Positions 50,595 through 55,441 of a DNA stretch of 55,441 nt are shown piece by piece. The DNA is taken from the NCBI GenBank assembly GCA_016784175.1, contig JADHVC010000003.1:1-55441 (forward strand), read 5' to 3'. The translations under genes were made by a program, and so were the position numbers. The notes beneath the pieces are model-generated. The model was given only the letters and a program-made list of their open reading frames with translations, was not told the origin of the DNA and did not search any database. Position 1 is the first letter of the stretch. The number at the start of each line of letters is the position of its first letter. The DNA is from Patescibacteria group bacterium (lineage in GTDB: Bacteria > Patescibacteriota > Patescibacteriia > Patescibacteriales > BS150m-G62).

Positions 50595-52148
50595 ATGACA
50601 ACCAAGAATTATCTAAAAATTGGAAAAGCAACCGACTTAAACGGAATGGAATACATTGGATATCGAGCCTTGGAAATTCTTCCAGGTTTTTTATCATTAG
50701 GAACTTTTGCCTTTTTGATATATTTGTCATACACAAAGCCAATTACAGCCGCTTTTATAATTATAGTATTTGATGTGTATTGGCTTTTACTAGTAGCCTA
50801 TTTGGGAATACTATTGATTTCTGCCTATAGAGAACTTAAAAGAAATACAAAAATTAATTGGGAACAAAAATGCAAAACCCTAAAGATAGGAAGCAATGAA
50901 CTCCGGTTTAATTGGCAAAAAGTGGTCCAACTTATAATTCTACCTACCTACAATGAAAGTGAAAAAATTATTAGTGATAGTATTGAAGCAATAAAGAATG
51001 ACTCATTTCCTAATAAAAAAATTATCATAGTTCTTGCAATCGAAGAAAGAGCAGGTAGAATATTCCTCAAAAATGCCCATAGGATTAGAGAAAAGTACAA
51101 AAATGTCTTTAGGAGCTTTTTAATTACCGTTCATCCCGATGGAATTGAAGGTGAGATTAAGGGTAAGGGCGCAAATCAAGCCTGGGCAGCCAGAATTGCT
51201 AAAGAACAGATAATCGATAAATATAATATTGATTACGGAAAAATATTAGTCAGCGTTTTTGACATTGATACAGTCATAAAAAATGGATACTTTTTCTGCT
51301 TAACCCACAGATTCTTAACGACAAAAAATCCATATAACGCCAGCTATCAACCGATCCCTGTTTACCGCAATAATATTTGGCAAGCGCCTTTTTTTGCACG
51401 AATAGCTGCTAATTCAAATACTTTTTGGCAAATGATGCAACAAATTAGGCAAGAAAAACTAGCTACCTATTCATCACATTCTATGACTTTCAAAACTTTA
51501 GTCGTGCTCGATTTCTGGAGTACAAACATGGTATCAGAGGACTCTAGAATATTTTGGCACGCACTTCTACATTACAATGGAAATTATAGGGTAGAACCAT
51601 TGTATTTTCCAGTATCTATGGACGTGTGCATGGGAGAAGATAAATTCACAACTTTAAAAAATCTATACAAACAACAAAGAAGATGGGGTTGGGGGGCCGA
51701 AAATGTTCCATATTTAATATTTAATACGATTAAAAGGCGAGCAAACATAAAAAAAAGTGTACTAATAAGACACATATTAGTACAAGTTTATGGTTTTCAT
51801 TCTTGGGCAACCAACGCTATAATAATCGCTTTAATCGGATGGATGCCAATTATGATCGGTGGTGATAGTTTTAATAAACTTGTATTATCCAAAAATTTGC
51901 CTTTCATAACAGAAGGATTAATGCGTTTTGCTATGATTGGATTAGTACTTTCAGCTGTAATTTCGACACTTCTCTTACCTAAACACCCTAAAAAATTAAC
52001 TCTAATCTCTAGAGCTTGGATGCTTGTACAGTGGTTACTATTGCCGATTTCCATCATCGCACTTGGTTCTATTCCAGCGCTTGAAGCTCAGGTTAGATTA
52101 ATGCTTGGAAAATATATGGGTTTCTGGGCAACACCAAAAGAAAGATAG
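50595..52148 (+). CDS. Membrane-bound processive glycosyltransferase family 2
   Basis: LPTYNE, KGKGAN, FDID (DxD), SEDS, QQRRW (QxxRW), flanking TMs. Confidence 0.88.
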   Translation: MTTKNYLKIGKATDLNGMEYIGYRALEILPGFLSLGTFAFLIYLSYTKPITAAFIIIVFDVYWLLLVAYLGILLISAYRELKRNTKINWEQKCKTLKIGSNELRFNWQKVVQLIILPTYNESEKIISDSIEAIKNDSFPNKKIIIVLAIEERAGRIFLKNAHRIREKYKNVFRSFLITVHPDGIEGEIKGKGANQAWAARIAKEQIIDKYNIDYGKILVSVFDIDTVIKNGYFFCLTHRFLTTKNPYNASYQPIPVYRNNIWQAPFFARIAANSNTFWQMMQQIRQEKLATYSSHSMTFKTLVVLDFWSTNMVSEDSRIFWHALLHYNGNYRVEPLYFPVSMDVCMGEDKFTTLKNLYKQQRRWGWGAENVPYLIFNTIKRRANIKKSVLIRHILVQVYGFHSWATNAIIIALIGWMPIMIGGDSFNKLVLSKNLPFITEGLMRFAMIGLVLSAVISTLLLPKHPKKLTLISRAWMLVQWLLLPISIIALGSIPALEAQVRLMLGKYMGFWATPKER

Positions 52149-52168
52149 CAATGATGCTATCTTTCTTT
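52137..52168. terminator. Hairpin between convergent GT2 and helicase genes
   Basis: AAAGAAAGATAGCA-ATGA-TGCTATCTTTCTTT perfect inverted repeat. Confidence 0.65.
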
Positions 52169-52184
52169 CAAAATTGTAAATCAT

Positions 52185-53870
52185 TTAGAATCTTGCCTTT
52201 GCTTTACGAAAGGGCATTTTTTTTCTATCTGTTCTTTTACTAAAACCCACTCTACCACTTCTTTTAAAACTTACCTTGCTATCTGCTTTTGTGATAAAAA
52301 TTTTCTGTCCTTTAAACATAACCCCATTTAAAAATCTAAGTACTGTGGCCTCTGACTTTCTTTCAGTTGAAAAAAGAGAGTTCTCTTGCATCAGATTTAT
52401 TCTTCCAATCTCAATACCTTTTAAATTCCTGTTTGTATTGATTAATCTGAAGAATGCTTGAATGTCAAAGCCATGCTTCTTACCAATATTTATCTTAAAA
52501 TTTATTTCATCTACAATAACTTTTCTTTCAACAACTGCTTTCCCTACTGCATTTAAATTTCGATTATTTTTATTTTCAGCAAGAAGACTACTAAATCTAT
52601 GCGCCACAAAGCGCTTAATTAAATCTTCCTTTTTAATACTTTTTAATCTTTCCGTAAACTCTACAAAATATGGCTCGGTACCAAAATCCTTAATATCAGC
52701 TACTTCAACTTCTGCAATATAACTTTCAATTTGCTTTTTGCACACCTCGCCACCATTCGGAACTTGCTTTAACTCAATCTTCTTACCGATCATAGTCTCT
52801 AGTCTTTTAATTTTTCCAACTTCTCTTGGGTTTATAATCGAAATAGAAACGCCAATATTTTGTGCCCTTCCTGTTCTTCCGCTTCTGTGAGTATAAGCTT
52901 CACTTTGGTCTGGAAGACTATAATTTATAACATGCGTTAAATTGTTTACATCGATTCCTCTAGCCGCCACATCTGTAGCAATTAACAAATGAACAAGTTT
53001 TCGCTTAAAACGATCCATGATTTTTGTTCTTATTTGTTGAGAAATTTCACCATGTAGAGCTTCCGCATTATAGTTAGCCAACTTCAACTTATCCGCTACT
53101 TCTTGAGTTTCTATTCTGGTGCGACAAAAAAGAATTCCATAGACACCTGGTAAATGGTCAAGTAGTCTTCTTAAAACTTCAAAGCGATCAGCCGGCTGAA
53201 CAACATAGTACTCATGACTAACATTGTCGGCACCTTTATTTTTTTCACCTAGACTCATCTCCTCAGCATCACCCATGTATTTTTTTGCAATTGAATGAAC
53301 ACTCTTTGACATTGTAGCTGAAAAAAGCAAAGTTTGCTTTGTGTCTGGTGTTTGCTCTAAAATAGCATCTAGATCATCTTTAAATCCCATGTCCAACATT
53401 TCATCAGCCTCATCTATCACTAACCATTTAATCGATTGTAGTTTTAAAACCTTTCTTCGAATTAAATCGTGCACACGACCAGGCGTGCCAACTACAATAT
53501 TCGTGCCATTCCTTAATGACCGAATTTGAGAATCAATCCGCTCTCCACCATAAACAGGGGTGACCGAAATTCCCTTTGAATACTTACTATATTTTTTAAT
53601 ATCTTGAAAAATCTGAATACAGAGCTCTCTTGTCGGACAAAGAACTATTGTCTGTAATTCTCTTTCATTCGATTTTATTTGATTTAAAATCGGTAAACCA
53701 TAAGCAGCTGTTTTCCCAGTGCCAGTTTGAGCCAAAGCGATTAAATGTTTTGTTGATTGTAATATGAAGGGGATAGCTTTTGCTTGCACCGGTGAAGGTT
53801 CCACAAAACCCAAGTTATCAAGACTTTTTAATATTTCAGTATTCAAACCAAGTTCTTTAAATGTTGTCAT
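52185..53870 (-). CDS. DEAD-box RNA helicase (DeaD/CshA-like, C-terminal DbpA-type domain)
   Basis: AQTGTGKT, PTREL, TPGR, DEAD, SAT, ARGID, HRSGRTGRA. Confidence 0.95.
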   Translation of the reverse strand: MTTFKELGLNTEILKSLDNLGFVEPSPVQAKAIPFILQSTKHLIALAQTGTGKTAAYGLPILNQIKSNERELQTIVLCPTRELCIQIFQDIKKYSKYSKGISVTPVYGGERIDSQIRSLRNGTNIVVGTPGRVHDLIRRKVLKLQSIKWLVIDEADEMLDMGFKDDLDAILEQTPDTKQTLLFSATMSKSVHSIAKKYMGDAEEMSLGEKNKGADNVSHEYYVVQPADRFEVLRRLLDHLPGVYGILFCRTRIETQEVADKLKLANYNAEALHGEISQQIRTKIMDRFKRKLVHLLIATDVAARGIDVNNLTHVINYSLPDQSEAYTHRSGRTGRAQNIGVSISIINPREVGKIKRLETMIGKKIELKQVPNGGEVCKKQIESYIAEVEVADIKDFGTEPYFVEFTERLKSIKKEDLIKRFVAHRFSSLLAENKNNRNLNAVGKAVVERKVIVDEINFKINIGKKHGFDIQAFFRLINTNRNLKGIEIGRINLMQENSLFSTERKSEATVLRFLNGVMFKGQKIFITKADSKVSFKRSGRVGFSKRTDRKKMPFRKAKARF

Positions 53871-53933
53871 ATCTATAATATTTTTTACAATTTTCTCATT
53901 ATTTATTAGTACAGAGTAATAATCGCATATAAT

Positions 53934-55136
53934 TTATTTTTTGTCAAAATGTCTGCCATGATTGCTTCTATTTGGCGCAACATAGCGTGGCTTTTCTCTT
54001 GCTATTGGAAGTATTGGAAGGTCTACTAGAGTTAAGGTCTTACGAATAAGTTGTTCAATTTTTTTAACATCATATTTTTCGGTAGGAGCAACAAATGAAA
54101 TAGCCTTGCCACAACGACCTGCTCGTCCAGTTCTACCAATTCGATGAACATAATCATCCAGATTATCTGGTAAGTCAAAATTTATTACCAACGATATACT
54201 TTTTACATCAATTCCACGAGCTGCAATATCAGTCGCTACCATTATACGAAATTTTCCATTTGTAAATCCTTCGAGAGCTGCTTGCCTTTGAGACTGAGAA
54301 CGATTCGAATGAATTTCGGTAGCAGTGTGCCCCATATTTCGAATATCACGAGCAATATGCTTCGCACCATGTTTAGTTCTGGAAAAGATAAGAACTACAT
54401 CATCATTGTATTGTTGTAATAGAGAATCAAGTAATCGCGTTTTTTCATTTTTAACGACAACAAATATCTCTTGCTCTACATTTTCAGCTGATGTTCCCTG
54501 AGGGGCAATTTCTATTCGGAGTGGTAGTTTCATAAAAGCACTTGCGAGAGCTGCAATTGTTTTCGGCATAGTCGCCGAAAATAACATTGTTTGTCGCTCT
54601 TTCGGTGCAGTTTGTAAGATACGTTTAATTTGAGGTAAAAAACCTACATCAAGCATACGATCCGCCTCATCAAGAGCAATATAATTTACACGTTTTAGTG
54701 AATATTCTCCTTGGTTCATTAAATCAACCAAACGCCCAGGAGTTGCTATTACAATGTGCGGGTTACGTCTTAGTTCTCTTACTTGCGGTATTTTTGAAGT
54801 ACCTCCAATAACAACAACGCAGCGTAACCCCAATGGAGTACCTATTTGTTTTAAAGATTCCTCAACTTGGATAGCAAGCTCACGAGTCGGAACCAAAATT
54901 AAACCTTGCCCCTTATAAAGAGCAATGCGTTGTATCATAGGAATTCCGAAAGCAAGAGTCTTGCCCGTACCTGTTTGAGCAATACCAACAATATCTTTGC
55001 CTTGTAAGGCACCAGGAATTACCTGATGCTGTATTGGCGTTGGAGTTTCGAACCCCATTTTAGTTAAAACAGAGAGAAAATTATCTCCGATCCCAAGGTC
55101 TCTAAAACTACCAGTATTTATTACTTTTTGTGTCAT
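53934..55136 (-). CDS. DEAD-box RNA helicase (RhlE-like, short tail)
   Basis: AQTGTGKT, PTREL, DEAD, SAT, HRIGRTGRAG; probable start MTQK at 55136. Confidence 0.95.
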   Translation of the reverse strand: MTQKVINTGSFRDLGIGDNFLSVLTKMGFETPTPIQHQVIPGALQGKDIVGIAQTGTGKTLAFGIPMIQRIALYKGQGLILVPTRELAIQVEESLKQIGTPLGLRCVVVIGGTSKIPQVRELRRNPHIVIATPGRLVDLMNQGEYSLKRVNYIALDEADRMLDVGFLPQIKRILQTAPKERQTMLFSATMPKTIAALASAFMKLPLRIEIAPQGTSAENVEQEIFVVVKNEKTRLLDSLLQQYNDDVVLIFSRTKHGAKHIARDIRNMGHTATEIHSNRSQSQRQAALEGFTNGKFRIMVATDIAARGIDVKSISLVINFDLPDNLDDYVHRIGRTGRAGRCGKAISFVAPTEKYDVKKIEQLIRKTLTLVDLPILPIAREKPRYVAPNRSNHGRHFDKK

Positions 55137-55287
55137 AAAATTTTTTGCCCACCTAATCTTCAAGGTCAAGCTACTAAAATGACACAAAATAAAGAGTTGA
55201 GCTACCCTAAGAATTATCTCAAGGCTTATTATTTAATTTATAGGATAAGTATATCAGAAAAATTATATTTTGTCAAGCATAAGGCAA

Positions 55288-55441
55288 GTAACTTCATTAT
55301 ATCTGCATTATTTTTGAGCGCATATGGAATATGTAGTAATTTTTAGCACAATTTAACTTAAAAAATTTTATGTTTGAGTGAAGCGAGTTTAAAATTTTTG
55401 TTAAATTGTGCGTAAAAAATTGCCCAATATTCCATCCTAAG
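55288..55441 (+). mobile_element. Palindromic MITE-like repeat, copy 7 (right end outside window)
   Basis: Starts GTAACTTCATTATATCTGC; the remainder is near-identical to the other copies. Confidence 0.85.

Overview
AT-rich bacterial chromosome segment with ORFs intact in genetic code 11. Gene content and protein style suggest Patescibacteria/CPR (Parcubacteria-like); this is an inference. Core genes: hrcA-grpE-hsp20 with a CIRCE operator, atpGDC, ftsW-murG-murC-murB, mreBCD-mrdA, proS, murD, ctpA-like protease, pyrG, rpmA, secDF-recO, pheT, rpmG-tRNA-Trp, miaB and two DEAD-box helicases. Accessory genes are interleaved, and a decayed mobile-element patch lies next to tRNA-Trp. Main observation: seven copies of a ~189-bp non-coding, almost fully self-complementary element with GTAAC...GTTAC ends and 8-bp target duplications (IS66-like MITE). 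All seven have the same orientation, and in five an end sits exactly 11 bp upstream of the -35 box of an outward-facing sigma70-type promoter, suggesting promoter-targeted insertion. Second pattern: accessory genes carry a boxA-like motif plus a Shine-Dalgarno site in their leaders, while core genes lack SD sites and some look leaderless. SecD carries inserted parvulin (PPIase) domains. All calls were made by eye; no searches or folding programs were run.
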